Source: Octopus bimaculoides
Lineage: Eukaryota
DNA length: 64,000 bases
Direction: 5' to 3'
Assembly (NCBI RefSeq): GCF_001194135.2
Contig: NC_068996.1
Span: forward strand, 50,195,825 to 50,259,824
Position numbers and translations under genes: made by a program
Shown: positions 24,506-38,259 of the stretch, in pieces
How the letters are laid out: each line of letters starts with the position of its first letter
Position numbering within the stretch: position 1 is the stretch's first letter
The notes under the pieces: model-generated
Told to the model about the DNA's origin: nothing
Database searches by the model: none
The model's input: the letters and a program-made list of their open reading frames with translations, nothing else

Positions 24506-25307
24506 ACGCATGCGTCATACAGTCTGCCTTTTAAAAATAATTATTAAAACTCCTTTACTTCAAGTAGAAATGGAAATACTTGGTGTCCTATAAATAGGAC
24601 ACTGAGACAATGTGATACAGCTTATTTAATGTTCTCATTTAGTGTCCTATTTATAGGACAGTGGGACTTAATGGGTTAAGTAGTTGAACAGGCTCTGAAA
24701 GGCACAAGGACTGCATCATGTTCCATTATTTGGCATGATTTCTATGGCTGGGTTCCCTTCCTAATGTCATCTGCTTAACAGCATGTAACTGGGTTCTTTT
24801 TTCTTGCCTCCAGTACAAGTATGGATATTGGGTGAGAAGTGGAGGGACCTTTTGCTAGGAGAATAAAGAGAAGTGAGGAAGAAAGGGCCAGAGCAGAATG
24901 AGTTTCTTGCCGAAGAGGAGTAATATGATTGTTCCCATTTTCGAAGAGTGCCAGGTGTGGAGCTGGACATTGGTGATGAGATGCCAAAATGGACCTTCAA
25001 TGTAGAATGTGGCTAGGAATGGATGGGGCAGGGGTGCCAAGAGTGAGTGTGTGGAGTAGGAGTATGTTTGATGGTGCAGGGCAACAATATAGGAATGATG
25101 CTACGGTAAACTGGGGTGAAAGAGGGATGACGTGTGTTGGGGGGAGGGTGATTGGGTAGAGTGATAGGCAGGTGCAGTGTTTGAGGAGGGTGAGATATGT
25201 AGTGGGTGGGTAATCAATGAAAATATGGATGGTGATGGATAATATGTGAGATGGTTCTGAAGTATGATATCATTTGGCTAATTATGTTAACATTTTTTCC
25301 TTTTTTT

Positions 25308-25782
25308 TTAACCCTTTTGTTACCAACCTGGCTGAAACTATCTCTGGCTCTGTAGTACAAATGTCTTGTTTTCATAAGTTTTGAATTATAATCTTCCACC
25401 AAACCTTAGTCACAATTTATGTTCCTAACACTAGCTGAATGATAACTAAGTTATTTTACTAAATTCTTTGTTATATTTAGAATTAAGTGAAAGAAACACA
25501 GAGCATCTCAAAATAAATATGGTAACGAAAGGGTTAAAATATATAACAGAAACAATTCTTAACCCTTTAGATACCAACCCTGCTGAAACTGGCTCTGTAG
25601 TACAAATGTCTTGTTTTCATAAGTTCTGAATTTAAATCTTTCACTAAACCTTAGTCACAATTGATGTTCCTAACACTAGCTTAATGATAACTAAGTTATT
25701 TTACTAAATTCCTTGTTATATTTAAAATTAAGTGAAAGAAACACAGAGCATCTCAACAGAAATACAGTAACGAAAGGATTAA
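25308..25782 (+). mobile_element. MITE family E tandem dimer
   Basis: Two copies of about 230 bp (25308-25537, 25559-25782) joined by a 21-nt spacer. Confidence 0.9.
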
Positions 25783-26081
25783 TATTTAATTAAGGCAGTG
25801 AGCTGACAGAATTGTTAGCATGCCAGACAAAATACTTAGCTACATTTTGTCTGTCTTTCTGGTCTGATTTGAAATTCGTTTTCTTTTTTTTTTTTTGGTC
25901 AATAGAATAAGTACCAGCATCGAGGTCAATGTAAATGACCTACCCCTTGTGCCAAATTTTGAAACTAGTGTTTAATTTATCTAATTATCTTTTATACAAA
26001 TGAATGAGTATTTAAATGAAGTGTTAACTTAGGAATTCTTTTAATGGTTTTGCTTTGCTAAAATCAGACATTTCCTTTCAG

Positions 26082-26218
26082 AAAGAAAATGGTATTCTAA
26101 GAGAAGAATTGAAATTAGCAATAGACAGAGAAACAGATTTGCTGAACAAAGTCCTTGATATTGAAGCATCCAGAGACACTTTCCAAGAATGCTTAAATTC
26201 TATCTTAAGCCATCTTAA
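26082..26218 (+). CDS. KIF4: KIF4 exon 9 (KENGILREELKLAIDRETDLLNKVL...)
   Basis: tttcctttcag acceptor, GTAAGT donor; coiled-coil composition. Confidence 0.88.
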
Positions 26219-26789
26219 GTAAGTAAAAATGTAAACAAATTTGTAATGTGGAATAATAAATAAATTTTAAACTTGAGAAACAAATTAAGTTTCAAATAAT
26301 TTTGGCTTTCTTAGATATAAGCATGGCTGTGTGAAGTTTGTTTCTCTACCACATGGTTTCGGGTTCAATACCACTGCATGGCACCTTGTGTGTCTTGTGA
26401 GTGGATTTGGTAGAGAGTGACTGAAAGAAGCCTGCTGAATATATATATGTGTGTGTGTATCTGTCTGTCTCCTTGTCTTAACTTTATGCGATAGTTGCAA
26501 ACATCATAAGAATGAGGTTATTCGTTTCCAATTTTCTGTGACAATATGTTTGAGTATGGAGAAATATTACCATGGAAACAGGCACAGGTTGGCCACAAGA
26601 ATGGTTTTTGATTATAGGAAATCTTCTTCAGAGAACTCTGACCCATGAGAACATGGGAAAGTAGATGCTACATGGACGATAATTGGTTTCAGTCATTCTA
26701 AAATGGTAGGGTACTGCTTTGAATTAACCACAGTGCTAATTTGGAAGTCTGGTACTTATTCTACCAGTGTCTTCTTTTTTTGTTTTTGT

Positions 26790-27065
26790 CCACTGGTAAC
26801 AGACAATGTGTGACTGACTGGTACTCAGTTGCGCTGATGAAAGTTCCAGTTGATCCTATCAATGGGACAGCTTGCTCATGAAATCAACGTGCAAGTGGCT
26901 GAGCACTCCACAGACACGTGTACCTTTAACATAGTTCTCAGGGAAATTCAGTGTGACAAGGCTGGCCCTTTTGAAATACAGGTACAACTCACTTTTGTCA
27001 GCTGAGTGGACTGCAGCAATGCGAGATAAAGTATCCTGCTCAAGAACATCATATGTTGCCACAAA
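26790..27065 (-). mobile_element. Additional CORE-like SINE family fragment
   Basis: Reverse complement contains a gatgttcttgagcaggatacttt CORE-like segment. Confidence 0.5.
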
Positions 27066-27408
27066 TCAAACTCATGTCTTACCCTAACTACTTAGCCATG
27101 TGCCTTCACAATCATACATTAGGTTTCTGCACAGTTTCCATCTGAAGCTGAACCTAGAACCGTGTAGTTGAGGATGTGAACTTAATCACGCAGCGATACT
27201 GAATTTAAAAAAACCCCAGAAAAGCTTATTGAAATTTCATTTTTGCATTAAAATTGATTTTTAAATAATTTTAAGTTTTAAATTTTGTATTTTGAAGTAT
27301 GAAAATATTTATATCTGTTGTTTGTTCTGTTTTATTTGATTTTTTTCTACTTTGAAGATTGTTTTGAATTTGGAGTGTAATCAACTTAAATTTATATATT
27401 CTCATTAG

Positions 27409-27475
27409 GGATTTCCTGGAAGATGAATCAGTGAAAGATGAATTAGTAGAAGCATATACAAGTGTGAAAGAAAAG
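27409..27475 (+). CDS. KIF4: KIF4 exon 10 (DFLEDESVKDELVEAYTSVKEK)
   Basis: Phase 2 to phase 0 fit; AG/GT boundaries. Confidence 0.8.
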
Positions 27476-28338
27476 GTTTGTTATTTTATTTATTCTCCCT
27501 CATATTCACTTCCCACCTTAAACTTAGAACTCCCTCTTTCTCTCCCTTTCCAGACTGGGAAGATAGTTTTTAGTTTCCTAAGTAGGACACCTCCTGTCCC
27601 TTTATCATACTTTCACATCCTTCATTACTGAATCCTGCTCAGTTAAGGAGTCTTGTCTTGAGTCCCTGTTGACTTCACCATTGTTTTGGGTGCTTTTTAA
27701 GCACCCAGTACACTCTATGAAGTGGTTGGCATTGGGAAGGGCATCCAGCTGTAGAAACCATACCAAAGCTTGATGCAGTGCCCTAGCTCATCAGTTAGTG
27801 TCAAACTGTCCAACCCATGCCAGCATGGAAAATGTATGTCGTGATAAAGATGATTTGTAAATTACTTGAACATTTCTTGACATTATTTCTATGGGGTAGA
27901 CTTTTTTTTGTTTGTTTAATCAAGATTTTTGGGAGGAGTTGATAAAGTATCTGTTGCTTTATATTTTTGATGTTCAACTCCAGTTCAGCCCTGGTAAAGT
28001 TGATCTATTATCAAAAACATTCCAGCTATAACCAATAGGTTTTTTTTTTTCTTTTTCTGTTTTTCTTTTCAGATATCAATAATCCAACGTCTCTTTCAAT
28101 TTATTTAGACAAGGAGTTTTAGCTCCACTTCCATCTGTGTATAGATTCTCTCTCACTCTCTCTGGCTTATTTATAATAACAGAAATTTTATGTAATTCAT
28201 GTCTTAACGAGGTTTTACTTTAAATATGAGCACTTTAGTATGGGGGGGGGGGAGTCACTGTTGAGTTGGCATGCAAATGGTTAAAAATAAAACTGAAACT
28301 CGTGTAGAATTTACTAAAGCCTGTCTATATACTTATAG

Positions 28339-28398
28339 ATTGATAAAGCAGATTCGTCACTGGAAAATGTTGAAGACAGAAGTTTGGAGCAGCAAGAG
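28339..28398 (+). CDS. KIF4: KIF4 exon 11 (IDKADSSLENVEDRSLEQQE)
   Basis: Open purine-rich 60 nt with tatag/GTATAT boundaries. Symmetric phase 0, so the frame does not require it. Confidence 0.7.
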
Positions 28399-28652
28399 GT
28401 ATATTGCTTTCTATTTTATTTTTGCTAATTTCATCACTCAGCTTTTATAGTGTTATTATTACCTCTGCTTTAGAGAAGGCAGAGGTATTGTTTTCAGTTG
28501 TGTTTGTTTGTTTGTCCATGGACAAGATATCGCAAGAACCGCAGGATGGATTCAGATGAAACTTTCATGGATGTTTGGTTCCGTGGCTGGCATATGTGAA
28601 CTGATTAGATTTTGGGATCAATCCAGTACCAGACCAGGATTCTGGATTATTT

Positions 28653-28699
<47 letters not shown>

Positions 28700-28860
28700 T
28701 TTAAGGGTGGTCAGGTTCAGTTTTGATATTCTCATTTGTGAGAGCAGTTGAGTTTATTTCAGTTATTCTCATTTAAAAAATCATCTCTGGCTAATCATTG
28801 AGAGGATGTTGTTGTTGCCTTGGCAGAGGCTTGTGCTCTTGTTGTTAATTATGTTGTTAC

Positions 28861-29519
28861 GGCAGCAAAGTGGCAGAATTGTTAGCACACTGGGTGAAAT
28901 GCTTATTGGTATTTTACACATCGCTGTGTTCTGAGTTCAAATTCCACCAAGGTCATCTTTGCCTTTCATCCTTTCGGGGGTCAATGAATTAAGTATCGGT
29001 CAAGTACTGGGTGTGATGTGATCGACTAATCCCCCTCTCCTCAAATTCCAGGCCTTGTACCTATAGTAGAAGGGATTATTAATAATGTTGCTAAGGTGGC
29101 AAGGTGACAGAATCGTTACTGCACTGGACAAAATGCCCAGCAGCATTTCATCCGTTGCTACATTCTGAGTTCAAATTCTGCCAGGGTCGACTTTGCCTCG
29201 GTGGTTGATAAAACAAGTACCGGTTCAGCATTGGGTTGATGTAATTGACTCACACCCGCCCTCGAAACTGCTGGCCTTGTGCCAAAATTTGAAACCGTCT
29301 TTAATTGTGCTGTTAAAATGGTAAGCTGGCAGAATCGTAGCAGACAAAATGGTTGGCAGCGTTTCTTCTGGATTGATATTCTGAGTTTTCATATCGTCAA
29401 AATCAAGTTTGTCTTTCATCCTTTCAGTATCCATAAAATAAGTACCAGCTGAGCACTGGGGTTTTATTGACTAGCCCCTCCCCTCAAATTGCTGCTGCTC
29501 TGTGCCAAAATATGAATGA
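28861..29519 (+). mobile_element. Three same-orientation family B SINE copies
   Basis: Heads at about 28861, 29095 and 29320, each followed by ttctgagtt...; 19-nt near-duplicate at 29075 and 29520. Confidence 0.78.
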
Positions 29520-29622
29520 ATTATTAATAATGTTGTTATTGTTTTAGCAATTTGACATTTATTTCCTGCTTAATTTATATATACCGAGGATGTAATTAAT
29601 AAATTTTATGTTTTATGAACAG

Positions 29623-29787
29623 GGTGATATAGAGAATACTTCACTAACACAGCAACATGTCATGCAGCAAGCAGCATTGGGAAAAGAATTAAAAGAAATT
29701 AATGAGGTTCTTTATAAAAAAATGAATCTTGTGCAACAAATGAATAAGTCTGAAGAGAATATAGAAATGCTAAAACATCAATATCAA
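29623..29787 (+). CDS. KIF4: KIF4 exon 12 (GDIENTSLTQQHVMQQAALGKELKEINEVLYKKMNL...)
   Basis: Matches the KIF4 stalk motif H.L.Q..L..EL.ELN..L..K; GTAAGT donor. Confidence 0.93.
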
Positions 29788-29811
29788 GTAAGTTCCCTAA
29801 GTTTTTCTTGT

Positions 29812-30029
29812 TTAACTCTTGAGCATTCAGTTTATTCTGTCAAATGTAATGCTTATTTATTCACATTGTTTTGTATTGATCATGGATTGTCTCGTACCTT
29901 CAACAGTTTGATGATGTGATTGTTTAGTTTTAGAATGACATTGTAGGTTAGGTGTGAGAGGCCAGATCTAGTTGGTTTCAACCTAAAACAGGTAGAATAT
30001 TTGATCTCGATACGGCTGGTTTGAATGCT
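29812..30029 (+). mobile_element. MITE family D, running into a gap
   Basis: ttaactcttgagcattc start; family D internal sequence. Confidence 0.85.
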
Positions 30030-30149
30030 NNNNNNNNNNNNNNNNNNNNNNNNNNNNNNNNNNNNNNNNNNNNNNNNNNNNNNNNNNNNNNNNNNNNNNN
30101 NNNNNNNNNNNNAATTGAACCAATCTTTGATCAGAGGTGTTCCAAATGT

Positions 30150-30345
30150 ACTCTTTTACTTGTTTCAGTCATTTGACTGTGGCCATGCTGGAGCACCGCC
30201 TTTAGTTGAGCTAATTGACCCCAGGACTTATTCTTTGTAAGCCTAGTACTTATTCTATCGGTCACTTTTGCCAAACCGCTAAGTTACGGGGACGTTAAAA
30301 CACCAGCATCGGTTGTCAAGCGATGTTGGGGGGACAAACACAGAA

Positions 30346-30382
<37 letters not shown>

Positions 30383-30546
30383 CGACGGGCTTCTTTCAGT
30401 TTCCGTCTACCAAATCCACTCACAAGGCTTTGGCCGGCCCAAGGCTATAGTAGAAGACACTTGGCCAAGGTGCCACGCAATGGGAGACTGAATCCGGAAC
30501 CATGTGGTTGGTAAGCAAGCTACTTACCACACAGCCACTCCTACGG
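30150..30546 (-). mobile_element. SINE family A, young full-length copy
   Basis: Near-identical to the 14292 and 46364 copies. Confidence 0.9.
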
Positions 30547-31134
30547 CTATCTTATGCGTATCTTTACTTTTTTCTTTTTCTTTTTTTTAAATTTGGGAAA
30601 TTTGGCTATTTCTAGCATGTGGAGTGGTCATCTAGAGGCTCTCTTGTTGACTTGCTGATAACATGCAACATGCTGTAATAGTGAGATGGTGACATTGAGT
30701 AATATGTTTGTGTAGCAAACAAAAGTGATGACAGTATCAGTTAGAAGCCTCTTACTTGTTTTCTTTTAAATCTAAATTTTAATGCACACAGGTTTGGCAG
30801 TACAGTAAGAAATTTGCTTCCCAACCACATGCATGGCAGCTTGGGCAAATGTCTTCCATTATAGCCCTGGGTTCACCAGTACCTTATGAGTATATTTGGT
30901 ACATGGAAAGGGAAATAAAACCATCTACATATATGTGACTGTGCGTATGTTTGTATCTCCTCGTCTTGACAATGCATAATAGTTGTAAAATGTTTTTCAC
31001 TGTCATACAAGCAGTGTCTGGCCGTGGGGAAAATATTAGTTTGCTTGGAAACAGGTGAGGGTTGGTAATAAGAAGCATTCAGCTGTAGAAAATAAACTGC
31101 CTCAATAAACTGTCTGATGCATGCAAGCAGGGAC

Positions 31135-31420
31135 ATTAGACATTCGAGCGAGGTCGTTGTCAGTGCTGCTGGACTGTCTCCTGTGCAGGTGGCACATAAA
31201 ATACAGCTTTTTGAGCGTGGCCTGCCAGTACCGCCTGACTGGCTTTCGTGCCAGTGGCATGTAAAAGCACCCACTACACTCTCGGAGTGGTTGGCGTTAG
31301 GAAGGGCATCCAGCTGTAGAAACATTACCAGATCAGATTGGAGTCTGGTGTAACCATCTTCAGTCAAATTGTCCAACCCATGCTAGCATGGAAAGTGGAT
31401 GTTAAACGATGATGATGATG
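31135..31420 (+). mobile_element. RTE 3' tail copy
   Basis: Same tail sequence with (GAT)n end. Confidence 0.85.
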
Positions 31421-31974
31421 AGACTCATGGGTGGGGAAAGGAAAAATGAAACTCTTGTTTTTATTTTAACTTTACTGAAAGTTTGCTGTTTCTGATGTTC
31501 ATTTGCCTTTTTTTTTAATTCTATAAATAACATTAAAACGTTGACCACCACATGGACCTCTTGTGGTTTATTGCAAACTCCACACAGCCACCATATGTAC
31601 CACCAGGGCTACATTTTCATAATTGGAGAAAATATTTTATTCTGTATCTCTGATATGGTTTCAGGGATATTTAAATAATATGAGTGTTACATATTAAAGT
31701 TTAATTATGGAATAAGTTGAACACACACTCCTCCTGTCACCACACTGAGAAGAATAGCAGCTGAAATACAGTATGTTCCAGTAACAGACCATGTCAGTTA
31801 ATGTGTTAACAAGTAATAAGGAAAAAAGTGGTTAAATTTTATTACTCTATTACAAAATAGATTTCTTAAATAATGTATGTTAATGTGAAGAGGAAGTATC
31901 TGTGTTCAATGTTCGAAACTCCACCAAAGACCCACCTCCACCACCACTATCATCATCATCATTACCATCATTCA

Positions 31975-32125
31975 GATGTAGCTGTGTGGTAGGAAGCTTG
32001 TTTTCTAACCACATGGTTCTGGGTTCAGTCCCACTGTGATGCACCTTGAGCAAGTGTCTTCTATAGCTTCGGGCTGACCAAAGCCTTGTGGGTGGATTTG
32101 GTATACAGAAACTTAGAGCCCATTG

Positions 32126-32194
<69 letters not shown>

Positions 32195-32450
32195 TTATCT
32201 ATATATACACACACACACACACATCAATATATATATATATATATACATAGTTATGTGTGTGTCTTTGTTTCTTTGTTTGTCCCCCACCAGCACTTGACAA
32301 CCAGTGCTGGTGTGTTTATGTCCCCATAACTTAGTACCTGGGTTAAAATAATAAACGATGGGGTCAATCGATTCATTCAACTAAAAATTCTCCAAGGTGG
32401 TGCCCCAGCATGGTCACGGTCTGATGACTGAAACAAGTAAAAGATAAAAA
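31975..32450 (+). mobile_element. SINE family A
   Basis: Head, expanded microsatellite, gactgaaacaagtaaaaga tail. Confidence 0.82.
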
Positions 32451-32599
32451 ATTTCTCAGATGTTTTCACAGACTGGACATGTCAGTTTGGATTGTCTTCC
32501 CACTTAACCTGATCCATCATCATCATATTTGTAAGATTCAGCATTCTAAGATCAACACAACATTTCCTTTTGGTTTTCCTCTCTTGCAGACTTCTTCCT

Positions 32600-32900
32600 G
32601 CATCATCATCACCATCGTTTAACGTCCGCTTCCCATGCTAGCATGGGTTGGACGATTTGACTGAGGACTGGTGAAACCAGATGGCTGCACCAGGCTCCAA
32701 TCTGATTTGGCAGAGTTTCTACAGCTGGATGCCCTTCCTAACGCCAACCACTCCGAGAGTGTAGTGGGTGCTTTTATGTGCCACCGGCACAGGAGCCAGT
32801 CAGGAGGTACTGGCAACGGCCACGCTCAAAATGGTGTATTTTACGTGCCACCTGCACAAGGGCCAGTCCTGGGGTACTGGCAACGAACTCGCTCGAATGT
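32600..32900 (-). mobile_element. RTE 3' tail copy
   Basis: Same tail sequence. Confidence 0.85.
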
Positions 32901-33689
32901 CTTTTCACATGCCACTGGCTTTCCATATACATCACATATCCATCCATACCATTGCAGTCTCTTCTCTTTCAAACTGCAACCAACTTTTCTGATGCCCGCC
33001 TAGTTTCTATTCCACTACACATGTGTGTTCTACATCCAGCGAACCTTTGCCTACCCTTCATATACAATGTACATGTCTTGTTACCAAGGTATTACCATAG
33101 TAATATCACATGCACAGTTAAGCATTCCACTCTTTATTGTCAACAGAGTTTCTGAGATTTTTTACTCCATCCTTGCTCTGGCTCCTATGCTTTCATAATG
33201 CCCACCTCCACTGTTGATTAACCCATTACCTTCCATAATTCTATTAACTGGAATTTTTTCATGAAACTTTGATTTCTAGCATAAAACAACAGCCTTAGAA
33301 ACACACTGGAATGATCAAAATAACATTTTAAATAGAAATAAGCAGTGAAAATTTAGCAGACTTCATTTGAATATCAGAGAAATATACCTAGTAGATATAG
33401 CAAAAAGGTTAGATATGTGTAAATATTGACAGATAATTACGAAATTTGTAATTTTTAAGTGATCTCATATGAGATCACTGGTAGGTAATGGGTTAAATAT
33501 CAGAAGCTACAGATTCCTTCTTAGGAGGCAAATGTTCAAGATATAAAATGGCTGTCTAGCTTGTGTAATAATTCGAAGATAAAGAATGCTGTCTCCTTGA
33601 ATTGTAAAATTATTTAGAATTTTTATGTCATAAGATTTCCAAGTTCCCGGTAAATATTAGTCATTTTATTTTTACTTACAATTTTTCAG

Positions 33690-33784
33690 GCTACAATGGA
33701 TAAATTGCAATCAGAAGTAGAAGATTTACAGAAAGAAAGGGACATGTTGAAGACTGAACTTGATACCAAAAGTAAAGCTGGAAA
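33690..33784 (+). CDS. KIF4: KIF4 exon 13 (ATMDKLQSEVEDLQKERDMLKTEL...)
   Basis: LQKERD coiled-coil motif; tttttcag acceptor, GTAGGT donor. Confidence 0.92.
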
Positions 33785-33844
33785 GTAGGTTGCAGTTTTT
33801 GTTTTTGTGGAGTTTTATACTTTGTAATTCTTGTCATTTGTTTT

Positions 33845-34225
33845 AGTTGGAGTGGCTGTGTGGTAAGTAGCTTGCTTACGAACCACATGGTTCCGGGTTC
33901 AGTCCCACTGCGTGGCACTTTGGGCAAGTGTCTTCTACTATAGCCTTGGGCTGACCAAAGCCTTGTGAGTGGATTTGGTAGACGGAAACTGAAAGAAGCC
34001 CGTCGTATATATTTATATATATATATGTATGTGTGTGTCTGTGTTTGTCCCCACAACATCGCTTGACAACCGATGCTGTTGTGTTTAGCAGTTTGGCAAA
34101 AGAGCCCGATAGAATAAGTACTGGGCTTATAAAGAATAAGTCCTGGGGTCAATTTGCTCGACTAAAATGCGGTGCTCCAGCATGGCCGCAGTCAAATGAC
34201 TGAAGCAAGTAAAAGAATAAAAGAG
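33845..34225 (+). mobile_element. SINE family A, young copy
   Basis: Complete head and tail, 60 nt after the exon 13 donor. Confidence 0.88.
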
Positions 34226-37200
34226 ACGGTGGTTATGCTGGAGCCCTGTTTTGAAAACTTTTTAGTTGAATGAATCGACTTCTGTGCTTATTTTTGTTTT
34301 TCATTCTGGTATTTATTCTGTCAGTCACTTCTGCTGAACTGTTACGTCACAGAGGCTTGAACACACCAACATCAGTTGTCAAGTGGTGGTGGGACACAAA
34401 GACACACACATACCACAGGCTTCTTTCAATTTCTGTGGAATAAATCCACTGACAAGGCTCTGGTCGTCCTGAGGCTGTAGTAGATGTTTGCCCCAGGTGC
34501 TATGCAGTGGGATTGAACTTGGAAACATTTGGTTTGCAAGCAAACATCTTTCTACACAACCACTTACATCTTTTTTTCAAGGCTACCTCTGTACCTATAG
34601 CAATTGTCCTAAATCTAGTTAGATTTGTAGTTTATTTCCATTTTTGGCATTTTTATCCATTTTAGGATTAAAAAAAAGTTGAATGTGTGTTTTTAAAATT
34701 TCTGTTGAATTTGTGTTTTTAGAAATTGTTTGAATACATGGTCACTAATTTTGTTGTTGATCCCTTGGTGTACCTTGTGTTGTGAAAACCCTAAACAATG
34801 AAATGTAATCCAGATTCATAGCTCTGGTTGTTATGTCTCTGTCTAGTTGAGGCCCATACTGCATGTTCTGATATGCAGTGGTTAATTATATATGGTGCAT
34901 TATAGCAATCTGGACATGTTGAATTTTCTTTCCTACCCAGCTTTTTTTGCAGATTCTGGTGGTATTCCCAAAAGAGGGGAGTGGGATGGTGGTATTGCCT
35001 AATTTTAAATATGGCAGCTGCTACTCCTGTGTATTTAGTCATTTGACTGTGGCCATGCTGGAGCACCACCTTTAGTTGAACAAACTGACCCCAAGACTTA
35101 TTCTTTATAAGCTTAATACTTATTCCATCGGTTGTCAAGCAATGGTGTGAGGGCAAGCACACAAATATGTATATATATGACGGGCTTCTTTCAGTTTCCA
35201 TCTACCAAGTCCTCTCACAAGGCTTTGGTTGGCCTGAGTCTATAGTAGAAGACACTTGGCCAAGGTGCCATGCAGTGGAGCAGAACCTGGAGCCTTGTGG
35301 TTGGGAAGCAAGCTTCTTACCATACAGCCACACTGCATGAATGTGATTTTTGTGTTTATCTGGGGGAGATAGTATTCTTAAGATACTGTGGTAATAGTTT
35401 TCTGGAGTATTGTAGATATAATTGTTTTGGGCCTCGTGTAAGTAATGACAAGTGACTGAGACCTTTGACGATATGTCATGCTTGAGAAGACCTGTCAAGC
35501 CAAGTGAAATCGTAGCTGTGGTCATTGCCAGTGTCATTTAAATGGCACCTGTGCTGGTGGCACGTAAAAAAGCACCCACTACACCCTCGGAGTGGTTGGC
35601 ATTAGGAAGGGCACCCAGCTGTAGAAATCATGCCAAATCAGATTGGAACTTGGTGCAGCTCTCCTGCTTACCAGTTCCGATTGGACTGTCTGACCCATGC
35701 CTGCATGGAAAGCAGATGTTAAATTATGAGGATTTGCAAATAATTTGTAAGATTGTTGAGAGTTAACTGTAATGACAGACTGGTCCCCTTAAGTGATCTG
35801 TGAGAATGCATAGTGTGCTGTTTTGTTTTTGTTGTTGTTTGTGATTTATTCGAGATTTCTGGCTGCAGTGGTATAATCTATAATGGATCAAAATTATGAG
35901 GGTTTTTTTTAAAATACATGGCTTTGGGTAAAAGAGATTACAGGAGGATCAGCAAATTGATTTTATTCAACATATTTCCCCTCTCATATTCACACATTTA
36001 TTGCAGCAGTCCTTCAGTTTCTCTAAGCCCTGTAAATGAACTTAGAATGTTGGGCCTCCAATTTTTGCAATCCCCTTTTCAGCATGCCCCATCGTATTGT
36101 TAGTGCCTAAAAAATATACTTTAGTTGATAAAATTTTGTGATTGTTTCTAAATATGTTTGTGTATGGTTTTACTCTTGTTTCTGTCTTTTTATGTGTGCC
36201 ATAAATGTCGTAAAGGTGCATGTAATTCCCTAACATTATTGTTTTCTGTCTGTGTTAAAGAATGATGGGGGAGGAGAAGACAGATCTTTGTGATAATCAA
36301 TTTGGGAAAGTGCAGATTCTTGATGTGTTGCGTGCCACATTGTCTATGTAACACCAATGATAGTTTGCAAGCAAATTGTTTGATATTTTGCGTGGTAGGA
36401 GATAGGAGTTGAGAGCTTTGCTAATGCTAATTAAGCTTCTTTTTTGTTTGTTTTTTTTTTTGTGTTTTTTGAGTAAGATTTGCAATGTAGCATTTTTGAA
36501 AAATATCTTCTATAGCCTTAGGTTGACCAATGCTTTGTGGGTGAATTTTGCACAGAGAAACTGTATGAGTGTCTATTGTGTGTGTGCATGCAAGTGTGAA
36601 TACAGACATTTTATAAGCAGTGCTTGCTACCATTTTTGAAAACCTGTGGGATAGGGTGGGCCAGAGAAAGAACATTTGGCGCATAAAAATCTCCAAGTAA
36701 GTCTCCATCTGACCCATGCTATCAAGGAAAAATGGATGTTAAGTAAATGAACTAGCATGGTCAATGAGTGTAATGGCATGAATCCCATGTTGTCATTTGA
36801 AAAGAGATGAAATATAAAAGATGAGTCTTAAAATATTTGAGGATTAGCATAGGGAGATAATGGGTCTGTTAATACTTTTTTTTTGTTTTGGTTTTAGGAT
36901 TGTGATGATTTTAGCCCAAATTCTACCTTTTGGCATTGTTGATATAAGTACATGATATAGAATGCAGTGATTCCTTCATTTTGTGGTTTTTGCCAGCTCT
37001 TTAGGATTTTAATTGTTTAGATTTTTCTGGTGTCTGATGAGAGGGTGGGGTCTGGTGAGGTTTTAGATGGAACATGCATATATTACTTTTCCTTCATATG
37101 TAGGCGTGGCTGTATGGTAAGAAATTTGTTTCCCAACTGTGTGCTTCTGGGTTCAGACCCACTGCATGGCACTCTGGGCAAGTGTCTTTCACTATAGCCT

Positions 37201-38114
37201 CAGGTTGACCAAAGTTTTGATAGACGGAAACTGAAAGAAACCTGTTGTGTGTGTGTGCTTGTCTCCTTGTCTTGGCATTGCATGATAGTTGTGAGTGTCA
37301 CTGTAATTGAAGCTTCATTTCCAATCTTCTACAGAAACATGTCTGGTCATGGTGAAATACTAACTAACTTGGAAACGGTGTGTGTTGGCAACAAGAGGTG
37401 CATCTAACAGTAGAGAATCTGCCTCCATAAACTCCATCCAATTCGTGCTAGCACAGAAAAGTCAACGTTAAAGAGATGATGTTACATAGAATTGTTATGA
37501 ATATTGTTGTTGTTGGTCCTGTTAATTACTTTGTATAATGTTTTACTGTTTGTTTTTGTGGTGTGTGTACTTACAATTGTTTACCAATTTTATTGTTCTT
37601 TGGTGTATTTTCCTTAGTTCTGTGTTTAGTTTCTTGATATTGTGTGTGGGTTTGAAGGTATATTGTGTTTGATGGCATTTCTGGTTTGTTATTTCTGTTG
37701 TGTAAGGTTTTTTGTTCTTTTAATGTCACTTTGTAGGGATAGGTTATGGTTAGGAAGCATCAACTAATATTTAAAAAAATATATGTAAACAGTGTCTGTT
37801 TTGGTGATTGTAGTGCCGTCAAGTTCTGTAGGCCTTAACTTTACTTTTTGAAAGTGATTCCCACTGAGCTTTCTTGAAGTACTTAAGCTGTAATTAAGTG
37901 ACAAAAATCACAAAATGGATATATTTGGTGGTATTGTGGATTTAGAGGTCTACCCATAAATTAGTTCTTTTTGTCTGAAATGAAATCACATCAGAGTCAA
38001 CTTTGTTTTCTAAGTAGTGCAGGTTGTACTGGAGTTCAAATAACGCCTTCCCAAATAATTTCTGACCTGCTAATGTTTTTTTTTTTTTCTTTCTCTCTCT
38101 TTATTTAATTTCAG

Positions 38115-38259
38115 TATAAGTGAAAAGAGACGCCAAAAAATGAAAAGTTTAGAGCAAGAAATTGATCGCCTAAAATTAAAAATGTCGGAATATGCTCGTC
38201 TTCAGAAATTAAAGGTGAATGCAGATAAAAAAATCAGAACCCTCGATCAAGACATACAG
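38115..38259 (+). CDS. KIF4: KIF4 exon 14 (ISEKRRQKMKSLEQEI...)
   Basis: Kinesin-4 SE.RR..L..LE motif; phase 2 to phase 0. Confidence 0.94.
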
